Virus record (IMG/VR): IMGVR_UViG_3300037249_001405
Span: 32,001 to 96,000 of that record
Source of the DNA: a virus
Lineage: Duplodnaviria; Caudoviricetes
DNA length: 64,000 bases
Strand: one strand, 5' to 3'
Shown here: piece by piece, positions 10,569-20,938 of the stretch
Layout of the letters: each line of letters opens with the position of its first letter
Position numbering within the stretch: position 1 is the first letter of the stretch
The notes under the pieces: model-generated
What the model saw: only the letters and a program-made list of their open reading frames with translations
Databases searched by the model: none
What the model was told of the DNA's origin: nothing
Position numbers and translations under genes: made by a program

Positions 10569-13010
10569 TTATCTGAAATTTTGAGTACTGTTATTGAGCC
10601 ATGATACTAGAGTGTCTTCAGGTTCGTTAACTTCATTGTAATCTACATCAGTGAAATAACGTTCCTCTTCGTCCTCATCGTAGTAATCATCGTCGTTGTA
10701 AGAGAATTGTGCCTCTTGTAGATCTGGTTCTGCTTGCTCTACTGGAGCAGCCTTAGCATTCATAATAGTAGCCTCAGCCTCTGCAGCAGCAGCTTGAATT
10801 GATTGAACAGCAGCTACAGCTTTGTCCTCAATAGTCTCGAGACTTGGACCTTGCTCTGCAGGTGCATTTATAGGATTACCGTTCTCGTCATACTCGATCG
10901 GATTTCCTTGCTCATCAAATTCTACAGGATTACCATTAGCATCTACTTGAATTTGACCACCATTAGGACCTGGTGCCCATTGTGTTCCTTGCTGAGGTGC
11001 TACTCCACCTTGCTGAGCCATCTGCATTTGAGCTTGAGGATCTTGCATCATACCAGGTTGGGTAACTTCTGCGAAGAATCTATCCATAATTATATCACCA
11101 GTTGAGTCATATCCATAACCTAACTCAGATCTGTAAGGATAAGATTTAATTTCTACTTCTTCATCAGAGTAGTATCTATCATCAGCATCCTCATCATCAG
11201 AATACATATTCACAGCTTCGATCAACTCCATATCGTCGTCATCAGCCTCGCCTGAATACATTCTTACAAGAGCATCCTCGTAAGCGTCATAGATAGAATA
11301 TTCTTTCTCTTCTACCTCGAGATCCCCTGTCAAATCCTCAGCTTCACTTTCTGAAATTGGAGTCAAATCTAATTTTTCACCATCAGATACAGCTTTTGTG
11401 AACTCACCAGATTCCTTGTCTTCGATTACAGCTGTTTCGTCATCAACAGGAGTGATTACCTCATCATCTGTCTCAACTTGCTCACCACTCTCAATAGCAT
11501 CCTGAATGTCATTTTCATCACCATCAGCATCTCCTGAGAATAGTCTAATCATGTAATCAGACATGATTTCATCTTCAGAGAAGAATTTCTCACCGTATTC
11601 ATCTGAATAGATCTCAGGTTCAGAATAATCTTTCTCCTTCAAATCATCCTCAGTAACAACATCTTCTTTCAAATCATCTGCCTCAGATTCTGAGATAGGA
11701 TTCAAATCAAGAGTGTCATCATCCATTACAGCTTTTGTAAATTCACCACTATTTTTATCTTCAATTACGGCAGTCTCACTATCAACAGGAGTGATTATCT
11801 CATCATCTGTCTCAATTTCCTCACCTTTTTCTATTGCACGTTCAACATCTTTCTGTGTATCAAGGTCACCCTCTGATGCATCAGAGAAGAGTTTTGTCAT
11901 AAAGTCTGTGTGATTTGAATAGAACTTAGTTAGATATACAGTATGATCTGAGAATTCAGCTTGTTCTGGTTCCTCAATATCATCTTCTGATTCTGCACCA
12001 AGATTTGCCATCAAATCCATAGCATAGTCACGAGCATCATCCTCGTTATCAAATACCTGAACACTAGCTACACCCCTTTCGGTTAGGTCATCTACAAGTT
12101 CTTGAGCTGATTCCTCATCATACTCAGGAGCATCTACAAGTACGTGATTCTCTGGGTCTACACCTACTACATGAAGTTGGTCATACATTTGGGAATCATC
12201 GATATCGTCGTCATTGAAGTTGTTTCCTTCATCATCATCATCACAACATTCGTCATCACAGCCTTCCTCATCTCCTTCACATAGCTCTGAATAATAGCGA
12301 TAGAGATCCTCGAGGTCTTCGTCGTAATTACTGAATTCCTTTGTGTCTAACTCTGTAACTTCCATCTCGTCGTCATCTAGAACAACCTTAGCTTGGTCTC
12401 CCGTAGACTCACTTGTAACAATCACTGCATTCTCATCATCTGGATCCTTTTCAACTTTTAGATCACCTACTTTAGCAGTGTCTTCAGATTCAATAACCTC
12501 TGCGAATATACGTTCACAGAATGCTTGATCAGAGAAAATCTTCTGTACTACAAAGTTATCTGTAGAAACACTAAACTCTCTCTCATTAGCTAGATCTTCT
12601 ACAAGTCTTTCGTGACCTGCTTCGAAGTTTAGTCCACCGTCCTCAAGATTTGGTGCTATAACGGATGTTCCATCCATATGAGCATCTACATCTTCATCTC
12701 TATTGCAATACACCTGACCCGGAGTTACACCATCCATTTCCGGATGGATATACCCCTCTAACTCAGCTGAACTTGCTGGATAGAGATCGTAGTTACCATC
12801 TTCACCTTGCTCGGCTAACGTAACTTCTCCATTTCCTTTATCTGTAATCGACACACGGCCATCGCCTTCGTCTTCATACCTTACTTCATCAGTGTCAACA
12901 ACGCCATTCTCCTTAGCATCTTCGATATCTTTTGCTACCTGACCTGTTAACTCCTCGTCGCCTTCGTCTGTAGCAGCAAAAAGGCGAGTCATAAATCTAG
13001 TATTATACAT
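10569..13010 (-). CDS. Highly acidic prohead core/scaffold-like protein
   Basis: 813 aa, D/E-rich; internal repeat (ETDDEIITPVD..TAVIEDK.SGEFTKAV twice); about 20 x-x-F/Y|S/A/T sites; directly upstream of the capsid gene. Confidence 0.7.
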   Translation of the reverse strand: MYNTRFMTRLFAATDEGDEELTGQVAKDIEDAKENGVVDTDEVRYEDEGDGRVSITDKGNGEVTLAEQGEDGNYDLYPASSAELEGYIHPEMDGVTPGQVYCNRDEDVDAHMDGTSVIAPNLEDGGLNFEAGHERLVEDLANEREFSVSTDNFVVQKIFSDQAFCERIFAEVIESEDTAKVGDLKVEKDPDDENAVIVTSESTGDQAKVVLDDDEMEVTELDTKEFSNYDEDLEDLYRYYSELCEGDEEGCDDECCDDDDEGNNFNDDDIDDSQMYDQLHVVGVDPENHVLVDAPEYDEESAQELVDDLTERGVASVQVFDNEDDARDYAMDLMANLGAESEDDIEEPEQAEFSDHTVYLTKFYSNHTDFMTKLFSDASEGDLDTQKDVERAIEKGEEIETDDEIITPVDSETAVIEDKNSGEFTKAVMDDDTLDLNPISESEADDLKEDVVTEDDLKEKDYSEPEIYSDEYGEKFFSEDEIMSDYMIRLFSGDADGDENDIQDAIESGEQVETDDEVITPVDDETAVIEDKESGEFTKAVSDGEKLDLTPISESEAEDLTGDLEVEEKEYSIYDAYEDALVRMYSGEADDDDMELIEAVNMYSDDEDADDRYYSDEEVEIKSYPYRSELGYGYDSTGDIIMDRFFAEVTQPGMMQDPQAQMQMAQQGGVAPQQGTQWAPGPNGGQIQVDANGNPVEFDEQGNPIEYDENGNPINAPAEQGPSLETIEDKAVAAVQSIQAAAAEAEATIMNAKAAPVEQAEPDLQEAQFSYNDDDYYDEDEEERYFTDVDYNEVNEPEDTLVSWLNNSTQNFR

Positions 13011-13030
13011 TCTAAATTCTGTTAATTATA

Positions 13031-13954
13031 TTATAGTATATTTACTTTGTTACTTCCAGTTAGTGAGATAATACCATGCTTCTTTAATAAATCTAATATA
13101 TTACCTGGAGCATCTGGATATCTCTCGTCGATTGTTTTCTTAAATACTGGTAAATCTTGTGAAGATCCTCCGAATTCTACTTTCAAATCGTTTAAAATTC
13201 CGGAATCTTTACACCAATCATCACAATCTCCTTTCATTATATCAGAATCTTGTTGCGAAATTGGCATAATTCCGTGAGCTTTCTTGATAATTATGATTCC
13301 TTTTGGTGAAATTGAGCCTTTATTTGCCAAAGCATCTATAATTCTCTCTTTATCTTCTAAAGATGGACCACCACATAACTCGGAGCCACAACAAGTAATC
13401 TTTGGATCTAGATCCATTATTTTTGTAACAGATACGATTAATTTAGAGAATAGACGAGATTGAAGATAAGCGTTAGGGGAAATTTCTAGTTCTTTTCCTT
13501 CTACTGTACCAAATCCTCTCTCTTCCATTTCATCTGCAGAAATACCGAATAATTTTTCTGAATAACTAGCATCTATTCTTTTTCCTGAATAAATACCTAA
13601 ATTTCTTTCATAATCATTATCAGGTTCCGAGAATGATCTTTGAAACTCATCCTCAGCCTCTTCTTCGCTCAAGAAAAGAGATCTTCTATTTTTATCTATT
13701 ACGTTTAATCTATCTTTTGCTAATGGATTTCTATTAGCTATAACCTCTCTCTTATATGGTTCATGCTCAGTTTCCCACTTTATATTGAAACGAGTACCAC
13801 CACACTTAGGACAGAGGATACTAGAAGCTGATTGTGCTGTTTGTAGTTCAAAACCACAATCTTCACAAACTACCGGTCTTAATACAGTACCTTCATCCTC
13901 GGAGAATAATTTACGACGTACTGGATTAGCTGAAAATAATTTTAATCTAGCCAT
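13031..13954 (-). CDS. Prohead-associated protein with Zn ribbon
   Basis: CEDC...CPKC; KLF|S twice, plus RSF|S, KLF|G and RLF|S. Confidence 0.65.
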   Translation of the reverse strand: MARLKLFSANPVRRKLFSEDEGTVLRPVVCEDCGFELQTAQSASSILCPKCGGTRFNIKWETEHEPYKREVIANRNPLAKDRLNVIDKNRRSLFLSEEEAEDEFQRSFSEPDNDYERNLGIYSGKRIDASYSEKLFGISADEMEERGFGTVEGKELEISPNAYLQSRLFSKLIVSVTKIMDLDPKITCCGSELCGGPSLEDKERIIDALANKGSISPKGIIIIKKAHGIMPISQQDSDIMKGDCDDWCKDSGILNDLKVEFGGSSQDLPVFKKTIDERYPDAPGNILDLLKKHGIISLTGSNKVNIL

Positions 13955-15282
13955 TATTTACCCTCCTCTTCTTCTATTTCTTCATTATTAATTTCTGCTT
14001 CGCTATTTTCAGAACCAAATACGAAATTCTGTAATGATTTAATAAAGGTAGCATAAGCTGTCTGAATAGCCTGATATTTATTTTTGCTAACATAGCCTTG
14101 CTTCTCAGCTTCAGCTAATGCCTGCTTATATGGAATAAACATAGCTTGACTAGCCTTCCTTACTTCTACACCTAATGCACCAGCATTTAATAAAGTAACT
14201 AAGTTCTTTCCTTCTAGAACCATTGGTGTTACTACTTGCATAATGCTCAATACATCGGAAGCGAATAAAGATTTCATAACCTTCAAAGTAGGTTCATCAA
14301 TCTTAGAAATACCACCGCTTGCCTTTACTACTTGTTTATAATCAAGAATCAATCTTCTAAAACGCTCTCTTGGTGAAAGTTTAGCCTCTTTAACTCTCTC
14401 TTTAACAGATGTTACTGAGAAGGTTTTTTCTTTTACACCTGACGTAGGAGCTACTGATACTTCTACCTCATCTGGTAAAATTTCAATAACACCGACAGAA
14501 GAGAACTCTTTAACTTTCAATTTAGTAAATACCCCATCAACTTTCGATGTTTTAGCAGCATCACCTAAACCGAATGAATTAAGATCAGAGAATTCTTTTA
14601 CTTTTAATTCGCCATTTTTAGGTTGGGTTCTAACGAATTTATCATCCTTCTCTATTTCAGAGAATTCACGAACTAATTCATCATACACATCATCTGAATA
14701 ATTTGAAGTATCTGGTTTATCATCATATACTTCGGTAATTCTAGCTAGAGGTCCGAATGATGGATTTACAGTCCAGTCAAGAGATTTAATATTCTTGATT
14801 TGACGGCAAATATCAACACCGCTTGATTGTGAATCCCAGTAAGCTACAACTACTAGTGAACATGTTAATTTAATACCAGATCTAATAAGTGCCTTTAATC
14901 TCTTTATGTTTGCAGCGGCAATATCATCAAAACCATCTTCATCAAGAATATGAACAAGTGCACAAAGCCAGGGTCCTTCACCAGGCACATTCTCAATGTA
15001 AAACTCCTTTACATAATGAGTAAATGTTGGAACCCCGTCAGCTACACATAATCCAGCATCATCCCTACCAACTACTTTCTTCAAAGTAGCTGTATTTCCA
15101 ATAGTGCCAGGCATTGTTTCCATAGAACGTCCCCTATGAGTTAAGTAACCCATAGTTAATTTTCCATCAATGGAAAGTTTATATTCTTTGGATTCGAGAT
15201 AATTTTTGACAACTGTTTCGCCAATTAAACTACCATCAGCTGCATTTTTTGTTAAACTGCAGCATCTAACTCTAACATCCAT
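13954..15282 (-). CDS. Prohead core maturation protease (T4 gp21-like)
   Basis: GYLTH, LTCSLV and LDWTVNPSF parallel the gp21-family His, Ser and D-x-x-x-x-P-S motifs; C-terminal extension with VREF|S, VKEF|S twice and EKTF|S. Confidence 0.7.
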   Translation of the reverse strand: MDVRVRCCSLTKNAADGSLIGETVVKNYLESKEYKLSIDGKLTMGYLTHRGRSMETMPGTIGNTATLKKVVGRDDAGLCVADGVPTFTHYVKEFYIENVPGEGPWLCALVHILDEDGFDDIAAANIKRLKALIRSGIKLTCSLVVVAYWDSQSSGVDICRQIKNIKSLDWTVNPSFGPLARITEVYDDKPDTSNYSDDVYDELVREFSEIEKDDKFVRTQPKNGELKVKEFSDLNSFGLGDAAKTSKVDGVFTKLKVKEFSSVGVIEILPDEVEVSVAPTSGVKEKTFSVTSVKERVKEAKLSPRERFRRLILDYKQVVKASGGISKIDEPTLKVMKSLFASDVLSIMQVVTPMVLEGKNLVTLLNAGALGVEVRKASQAMFIPYKQALAEAEKQGYVSKNKYQAIQTAYATFIKSLQNFVFGSENSEAEINNEEIEEEEGK

Positions 15283-15399
15283 TTTAATTATGTGATTTAT
15301 ATTAAATTATATACTTTATTTAAGAAAAATGTAGAAATATTAGTTATAGTTTAGTAAAAAATACAATTACCTAATTTAAAAGATTAAGGTTAGATAAAA

Positions 15400-16503
15400 A
15401 TGATAGTATATATAACAAAATATTTCAATAATTTCGAAGAGGAAATAAAGAGAGAACTTCTGTCCCGGTTAACTGATGAGTTAGAAACAGGGAGTAGCGG
15501 GGATTATGAAGACTGGAGAAAATATAATAAGCAATAAGAGATTGGACTAGCTTACGAACAAATGAAGGATGAGGCAGCAGAGGAGATGAACGAAAGGATA
15601 AAGAAACAGATTGGAAAACCTCACCGTTACCAGGATGCTATAGCAAAGATAGATAAGTTTGAGAAAAAGAATAGGGATTTTAAACAAGGAATTGCTAAAT
15701 TCATGAATTATCACCCAGAACTACGAACTAAAGTAGCTTTTTCTAATAAAAATGAGGATACTGATTGTTACAAACCAAACGAAGATAAAATTATATTAAA
15801 AAAAGATAATTTCGGAAATTATGCTACAGCGGCTCATGAAAACGGTCATAGAAATGATCACTTATCTGGAGAAGCTGAAAAAAGAGTAATCTCTCTTAAT
15901 AATGATATCTTGGATAGAATGAATCGGTCTGGATATAATAATGAGAACTTAATGTGGAATATAAGGGAGGAACATGATAGAGTAACAATTCCGGGAGAGT
16001 TAGCTGCTAGTACAGATGCTTATTGGGATATGTTCAAGAATCCCAATGTATCCAATAAGCAATTGCATAAAGGGAATAAACACTTAATGGATGCTCTTGA
16101 TACATATAAATCCTCTTATTATAAATTAAACCCAGAATCTTTTGAATTAAATAAATTCAATGTAACACCGCAATTATTTGATTTTGATAAATATAATCAC
16201 TTAGGACTTACAAAGCAAGCAGCACAAACAATAGAGGAAATGAAACGAGATGGTGGTACAAAGAAATCAGAAAGTTTAAATATGATGCTAGAAAATCAAC
16301 TACCTAGCATGAAATATAAATTAAGTAGTTTGTTAAAGGAAAAAGGAATTTCAAAAGAGGAACTAAATAAGAAAGGACTTAAATTAGATGATCTCCTCAA
16401 ACGAATCCTTGGTGATAAAAACTTTACAGAGGAGTTAAAAGAAAGAGCGGGATTTTTAGATAAGTTGAGAAATTTAAAATATACAATAAAAAAAGTCAAA
16501 TAA
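15400..16503 (+). CDS. Leader-bearing HExxH metallopeptidase-like protein interrupted by an in-frame TAA (15535-15537)
   Basis: ATG 15400 gives MIVYITKYF|N in frame with ORF 15562-16503, with one TAA between; ATAAHENGH and downstream GELAAS. Confidence 0.65.
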
Positions 16504-16555
16504 AAAAAACGGAAATCTTATAAAAGATTAAAAATTAAAACTAACTTATTTAACT

Positions 16556-16948
16556 ATGATATTAATATTAAAAAGAGTGACATTTTCGGATAACGAAAAA
16601 GAAGATAAAGGAATGTCAACTGGGAAAAAACTTGCTATAGCAGCAGGAGCGCTTGGTATCGCTGGACTTAGTGGCTATTTATTACATAAAAGAGCAAAAT
16701 TGAATAATAGTAAAAAAGTAGACATTGAAAAATCTAATAGTAACACTTCCAATAAATCGCGACAGATCAGTACAGCACCTAAACATAATAATGATGGTGA
16801 TCCTAAACCAAAACCCAATAATAACAAGTCTAATTCTGGTGGTAAGGACGTGTATGTTAAAGGTGGTGAGTACGTAGACAAAAATGGGAATAAATTAACT
16901 AGGGATGAAGTATTTGGTAATAAAAATAATAGATTAATATTTGAATAA
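16556..16948 (+). CDS. Leader-bearing single-pass membrane protein
   Basis: MILILKRVTF|S; LAIAAGALGIAGLSGYLL then basic residues. Confidence 0.75.
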   Translation: MILILKRVTFSDNEKEDKGMSTGKKLAIAAGALGIAGLSGYLLHKRAKLNNSKKVDIEKSNSNTSNKSRQISTAPKHNNDGDPKPKPNNNKSNSGGKDVYVKGGEYVDKNGNKLTRDEVFGNKNNRLIFE

Positions 16949-16949
16949 A

Positions 16950-17381
16950 ATGAGTATAGAAGAAAGAATTTATAGTGAAGCATTTGAAGATGGTGTAAAT
17001 TACGCTATTCAGAGAATGTTTGGAGATGATGAAGAAAAGAAGCCTAAGAAGTGGCCTTATGTTGTTGGAGGCACTGCTGGTGGTATAGTAGGAGGCGCTA
17101 TTGGTACAGGAGCAGGTATGATTAGTGCTGGTAATAGTATAGTTAAAAAAGTCAAAGATACTAATAAAGCTCTCTATGATGAAGTGCAACGTGCCCCGAC
17201 TTGGGAAAAACTAAGTAAAAAGACCCAAGAAAAAATGAGTAAGTATGCAGAGGAAGCTGGTACTAGTATGCTGAAGAGAGGAGCTGTAGGTGGCTTAATT
17301 GGAGCTGGCATACCAGCTGCAACAGCAATAGCTTTATATCATCGCAAGAAAAAAGAATTAAATAAAAAAGATAGGGATTAA
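16950..17381 (+). CDS. Leader-module glycine-zipper protein
   Basis: MSIEERIYSEAFEDGVNYAIQRMF|G; two Gly-zipper helices; basic C-terminal tail. Confidence 0.8.
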   Translation: MSIEERIYSEAFEDGVNYAIQRMFGDDEEKKPKKWPYVVGGTAGGIVGGAIGTGAGMISAGNSIVKKVKDTNKALYDEVQRAPTWEKLSKKTQEKMSKYAEEAGTSMLKRGAVGGLIGAGIPAATAIALYHRKKKELNKKDRD

Positions 17382-17408
17382 TCCCTATCTTTTTTATTTT
17401 TATTTAGT

Positions 17409-18479
17409 TTAGTCACGATCGCGACGTCTTCCTCTTAAGAAACCTGCTGTTCCGATACCAGCACCAGCTACGCCAGCACCAATAGCACCGTACTTCCATC
17501 TCTTAGCGAGTTTCTCAGCAGCTTCCTTAGCCTTCCTGGTGTTATCATGAAGCATTTGTTCTGTATTAAATGCTGTCTTGAATCCTTCAACCTTATCTTC
17601 TGCTGCCTTCAATCCCTGCGCTAATACACTATTTTTCTTATTAGCTTCTCTCAATCCTTGCTGTAATACGCCATTTTTACCCCTAGCTGTTTCTAAAGCA
17701 GACTCTAATTCTTTCCTAGAAATCTCTCCTTTTCTGTAAAGATCTTCGTAATATTTAGCATCTACTGCACCTGACACCGGATTATCCTTACCTTTACCCA
17801 CTACTGCAGAAAGGTTAGAAGAACCTTTACCCACTACTGCAGGAAGGTTAGAAGATCCCTTTTGTTTTTGTTGGTGCTGTTCGTACATATTTACGAATGC
17901 TTGCTCCACTTTCTTTTTATTCTCTTTTGCAACTTTTTCAGCTTCTTTGGCTGCTTTTTCTTTGGCTGCTTTTTTAGCTGCTTCTTTAGTCCTATTAATG
18001 AGATCGTTATATTCTGAATTAGACATATTTTCTGGGTCGAAGAACAATTTTTCGATAGCATAATCTATTCCAGCCTCGAATCCCTCACTATAGGTTTTAT
18101 CCTTCTTAGTAGCTTTGTGAATACCGTAACCAGCAGCAGCTAATACTGGTGCAGCGGCAGCTGCAATCATACCAGCTTTACCCCACTTACCAGCTTTCAT
18201 GTATCTATCCTTTACACTCTTAGGCAGACCTTTAATTTTGTCCCAAAGAGACTTTTCATAGTTTCCTCTCAAGCCTGGATCACCAGCAGGACCAATTGCT
18301 AGAGGACTATTAGCAGGCGGTAACTTATCAGCAAACATTTTTTCGATAGCATAATCTATTCCATCTTCAAATGCTTCTGAGTATAGTTTTTGTGAGAAAT
18401 AATCATCGAATTCGTCATAGCTATTGTCAAAGTCATCGTAATCATTGGCAATAGAAAACACTTTACGTCTTACGTACAT
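17409..18479 (-). CDS. Leader-module polyprotein: coiled coil plus tail-anchor helix
   Basis: MYVRRKVF|S; two YSE modules; shares about 110 aa with 3059-3835; ends WKYGAIGAGVAGAGIGTAGFLRGRRRDRD. Confidence 0.8.
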   Translation of the reverse strand: MYVRRKVFSIANDYDDFDNSYDEFDDYFSQKLYSEAFEDGIDYAIEKMFADKLPPANSPLAIGPAGDPGLRGNYEKSLWDKIKGLPKSVKDRYMKAGKWGKAGMIAAAAAPVLAAAGYGIHKATKKDKTYSEGFEAGIDYAIEKLFFDPENMSNSEYNDLINRTKEAAKKAAKEKAAKEAEKVAKENKKKVEQAFVNMYEQHQQKQKGSSNLPAVVGKGSSNLSAVVGKGKDNPVSGAVDAKYYEDLYRKGEISRKELESALETARGKNGVLQQGLREANKKNSVLAQGLKAAEDKVEGFKTAFNTEQMLHDNTRKAKEAAEKLAKRWKYGAIGAGVAGAGIGTAGFLRGRRRDRD

Positions 18480-18588
18480 TTTTATTATCTATTTTAATTA
18501 TTAATTCTTATACAAAATAATTTCTATTTTCAACTTATTAGATTTTTGTTGATTTTTTCAAAAAAGTTTAGTTTATATAAAATACTAT

Positions 18589-19134
18589 TTATTTATTATC
18601 TTTATTCTTCAATATATTATATAAACCAGCACTCGTTAACCCTATTCCTAAACCAACTCCAGTACTAATTCCCTTACTCTTCAGAACGCTGTCTCTTATC
18701 GGCTTAATTTTCTTTTCTAATTGTTCAATCTCTGATTTTTTCTTAGAAATCATGTCTTTTAGCCTAGAAACCTCAGATCTATTTTGTTCAATATCTTCGC
18801 TTAATTCTTTTGCATTTGGTTTACCGGCGAAAACATCTAATACATCTTTAAAACCTGCTTTTAAACTCTTTAGTCTATCTACTTTAGATAAATCATTTTT
18901 TAACGTAGATAAAGTTTCCTTACTTCTCTCAAGTTCTTCTGCAAGTTTTTTATGTTCTTTTATTTCGTCCCTCGATCTAAATCCTCCGTAAATATTTCCT
19001 CCAAGTGCACCTACTCCTCCACCAATTACAAGCGGTGTTAGATTATCGTGACTATCATCACTATTATGAGAGTAATATTTTTCTTCTATATAATGAATTC
19101 CATCATTGAATCCCTCTAAGTAACTATTATTCAT
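18589..19134 (-). CDS. Leader-module glycine-zipper/coiled-coil protein
   Basis: YLEGFNDGIHYIEEKYY|S is a module variant; two Gly-rich helices flank a coiled coil. Confidence 0.75.
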   Translation of the reverse strand: MNNSYLEGFNDGIHYIEEKYYSHNSDDSHDNLTPLVIGGGVGALGGNIYGGFRSRDEIKEHKKLAEELERSKETLSTLKNDLSKVDRLKSLKAGFKDVLDVFAGKPNAKELSEDIEQNRSEVSRLKDMISKKKSEIEQLEKKIKPIRDSVLKSKGISTGVGLGIGLTSAGLYNILKNKDNK

Positions 19135-19205
19135 CTTTTAATATTTTTTATTAGTGTTACAAATATAAGATTACTGTTTATAGTTGAGGTAATTTTGTGA
19201 GAGTT

Positions 19206-19781
19206 TTAATAAGATGTCTGAGAATTATTGTTTTTGTTATTCCGAGTAAGTCCATAAGTAATTCCACCAATAGCAGCTAATCCACCTGCAACACCCAAAC
19301 CTATTTTAGCATTTCTCGAGAGAAAAGGCTTATTTCCGGTATTTACGTGTGGTTGTGGTTTATTTCCTGTATTTACTGGAGGTTTATTTCCTGTATTTAC
19401 TGGAGGTTTATTTCCTGTATTTACTGGAGGTTTATTTCCTGTATTTACTGGAGGTTTATTTCCTGTATTTGTTGTTGTCGTAGAGGTTACGCCAGGTTGT
19501 TGCTGTATGGGTTGCTGTATAGGTTTTTGTATTGGCTTAGCACTAGTAAAGTAATCATCCCCAACTAAACCTTTTCTTTTTGCATAATTCAGTCTTTGTT
19601 GTACTTCTGGGTCAGCCATAATTTGTTCAACAGTGGCTTCGCCTCTTTCTATTTTACCCCTATGGTATTCTAGTTCTTTCTTTATTTTCTCGTTTCTGGA
19701 TTCTGCTGAAAATAGTCTAATTACATAATCAATACCATCTTCAAACCCGGAACAATAAACTTTTTGTTTATAAAAAATCAT
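19206..19781 (-). CDS. Leader-module tail-anchored protein with PPVNTGNK repeats
   Basis: KVYCSGFEDGIDYVIRLF|S; C-terminal IGLGVAGGLAAIGGITYGL. Confidence 0.75.
   Translation of the reverse strand: MIFYKQKVYCSGFEDGIDYVIRLFSAESRNEKIKKELEYHRGKIERGEATVEQIMADPEVQQRLNYAKRKGLVGDDYFTSAKPIQKPIQQPIQQQPGVTSTTTTNTGNKPPVNTGNKPPVNTGNKPPVNTGNKPPVNTGNKPQPHVNTGNKPFLSRNAKIGLGVAGGLAAIGGITYGLTRNNKNNNSQTSY
19357..19470. repeat. 24-bp coding tandem repeat (4 full copies plus a partial)
   Basis: Unit GGTTTATTTCCTGTATTTACTGGA, head-to-tail with no spacers. Confidence 0.95.
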
Positions 19782-19784
19782 CTT

Positions 19785-20624
19785 TTACTTATTTTTCTTG
19801 ATTAAATTTACGATTCTTCTCGTATATTTATCCTCCATGTTTATTTTATCTGGATGTTTTTCAAGTAACTCTTTGTAATAATCTATATTATTCTTTTTAA
19901 CTGCCCCGAAAGGAAATTCCAGCTTAAGGTATTCTGAAGGTATATCTTTAAAAACTCTGATTTCATCCAAAGAATCCATTGTTTTATTAGTATTGTACCG
20001 TCTAACGTATTCATCATTAGGTAAATCTATTTTCCACCTAACGACACTACTACTTCTTTTCCCCGGATTATTAAAACTTGAGTTAACCCCGGTATCACCA
20101 TCAATATACTTAAACTGTTGTCTGGCACGATCCATTTGCTCATGTGGCTTAGATATATTAAGTAATTCGTTTTTAATATCATCCTTACTACCTAAGTAAG
20201 TACTTACGCTACCCCCAACACGATCTTTGCGGTCGGTATTTCCTTTTAAGATACCTTTTTCAAGGATACTATCTACAGTAGTTATTGGTTCGTATCTATG
20301 TAGAGTAACTACGTCAGGAAGTCCTTCTGGAGATTTAAAATTCAGATGATTTTTATGAAGTCCGTATTTAGGTCTAATACCACCATTAACTCCATACATC
20401 TCTGGGTGCCTCCTTCTATACTCCTCTCCATTTTTATAGTTTTTTAAGAATCTACTATTAGGATCTAGTTTTTCAGCTAAATCTAAGACCCTTTTAGGAG
20501 TCTCAACCCCCTCTATGTCTGATATTATCTTATAGATATTATTTTTTTCCCCTAATTTATCTAGGATGGCACTTCTTACTCTTCTTGAATGTATTCCAAA
20601 TAACTTTGTTCTTAACAGTTTCAT
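19785..20624 (-). CDS. Leader-bearing ADP-ribosyltransferase-fold protein (putative)
   Basis: MKLLRTKLF|G; TLHRYEP...DSILEKGI and DEIRVFKDIPSEYL; C-terminal region paralogous to 28013-29215. Confidence 0.55.
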   Translation of the reverse strand: MKLLRTKLFGIHSRRVRSAILDKLGEKNNIYKIISDIEGVETPKRVLDLAEKLDPNSRFLKNYKNGEEYRRRHPEMYGVNGGIRPKYGLHKNHLNFKSPEGLPDVVTLHRYEPITTVDSILEKGILKGNTDRKDRVGGSVSTYLGSKDDIKNELLNISKPHEQMDRARQQFKYIDGDTGVNSSFNNPGKRSSSVVRWKIDLPNDEYVRRYNTNKTMDSLDEIRVFKDIPSEYLKLEFPFGAVKKNNIDYYKELLEKHPDKINMEDKYTRRIVNLIKKNK

Positions 20625-20936
20625 TTAATTAACTACATTTCTTAATAATTCATCTAATCTATTTTTAGGTATAAGTTGAAGAATCGTACCCTCTTGAAAT
20701 CCATCTAAAGATTTTCTACTCTGAACTATAACTAAACCCATATAACTTTCATCACCATAGAACCTTTTAGCAATAAGATCAGGACGACATTCACTTGTCT
20801 GGATTAAATATGGGATTTTTTCAAGCTTCGGATCTAAAATCATTGAAAGGAATTTAGAGTTATATATATCAAACCCCTCAACATAATTACCTAAATTTTC
20901 TATTTTTGAGATAAGTCTCTGTGGTTTTGTATACAT
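20625..20936 (-). CDS. Baseplate wedge (T4 gp53-like)/LysM-like protein
   Basis: RPDLIAKRFYGD...G..L.LIP motif. Confidence 0.65.
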   Translation of the reverse strand: MYTKPQRLISKIENLGNYVEGFDIYNSKFLSMILDPKLEKIPYLIQTSECRPDLIAKRFYGDESYMGLVIVQSRKSLDGFQEGTILQLIPKNRLDELLRNVVN

Positions 20937-20938
20937 GA

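Noticed and set aside
9097-13991. Plus-strand ORFs opposite the capsid and scaffold genes (and similar shadow ORFs elsewhere)
   Set aside because: Antisense by-products of codon bias, with no motifs or initiation context.
19357-19470. 24-bp repeats as a CRISPR array
   Set aside because: Head-to-tail with no spacers; the unit is a multiple of 3 and encodes PPVNTGNK inside a gene.
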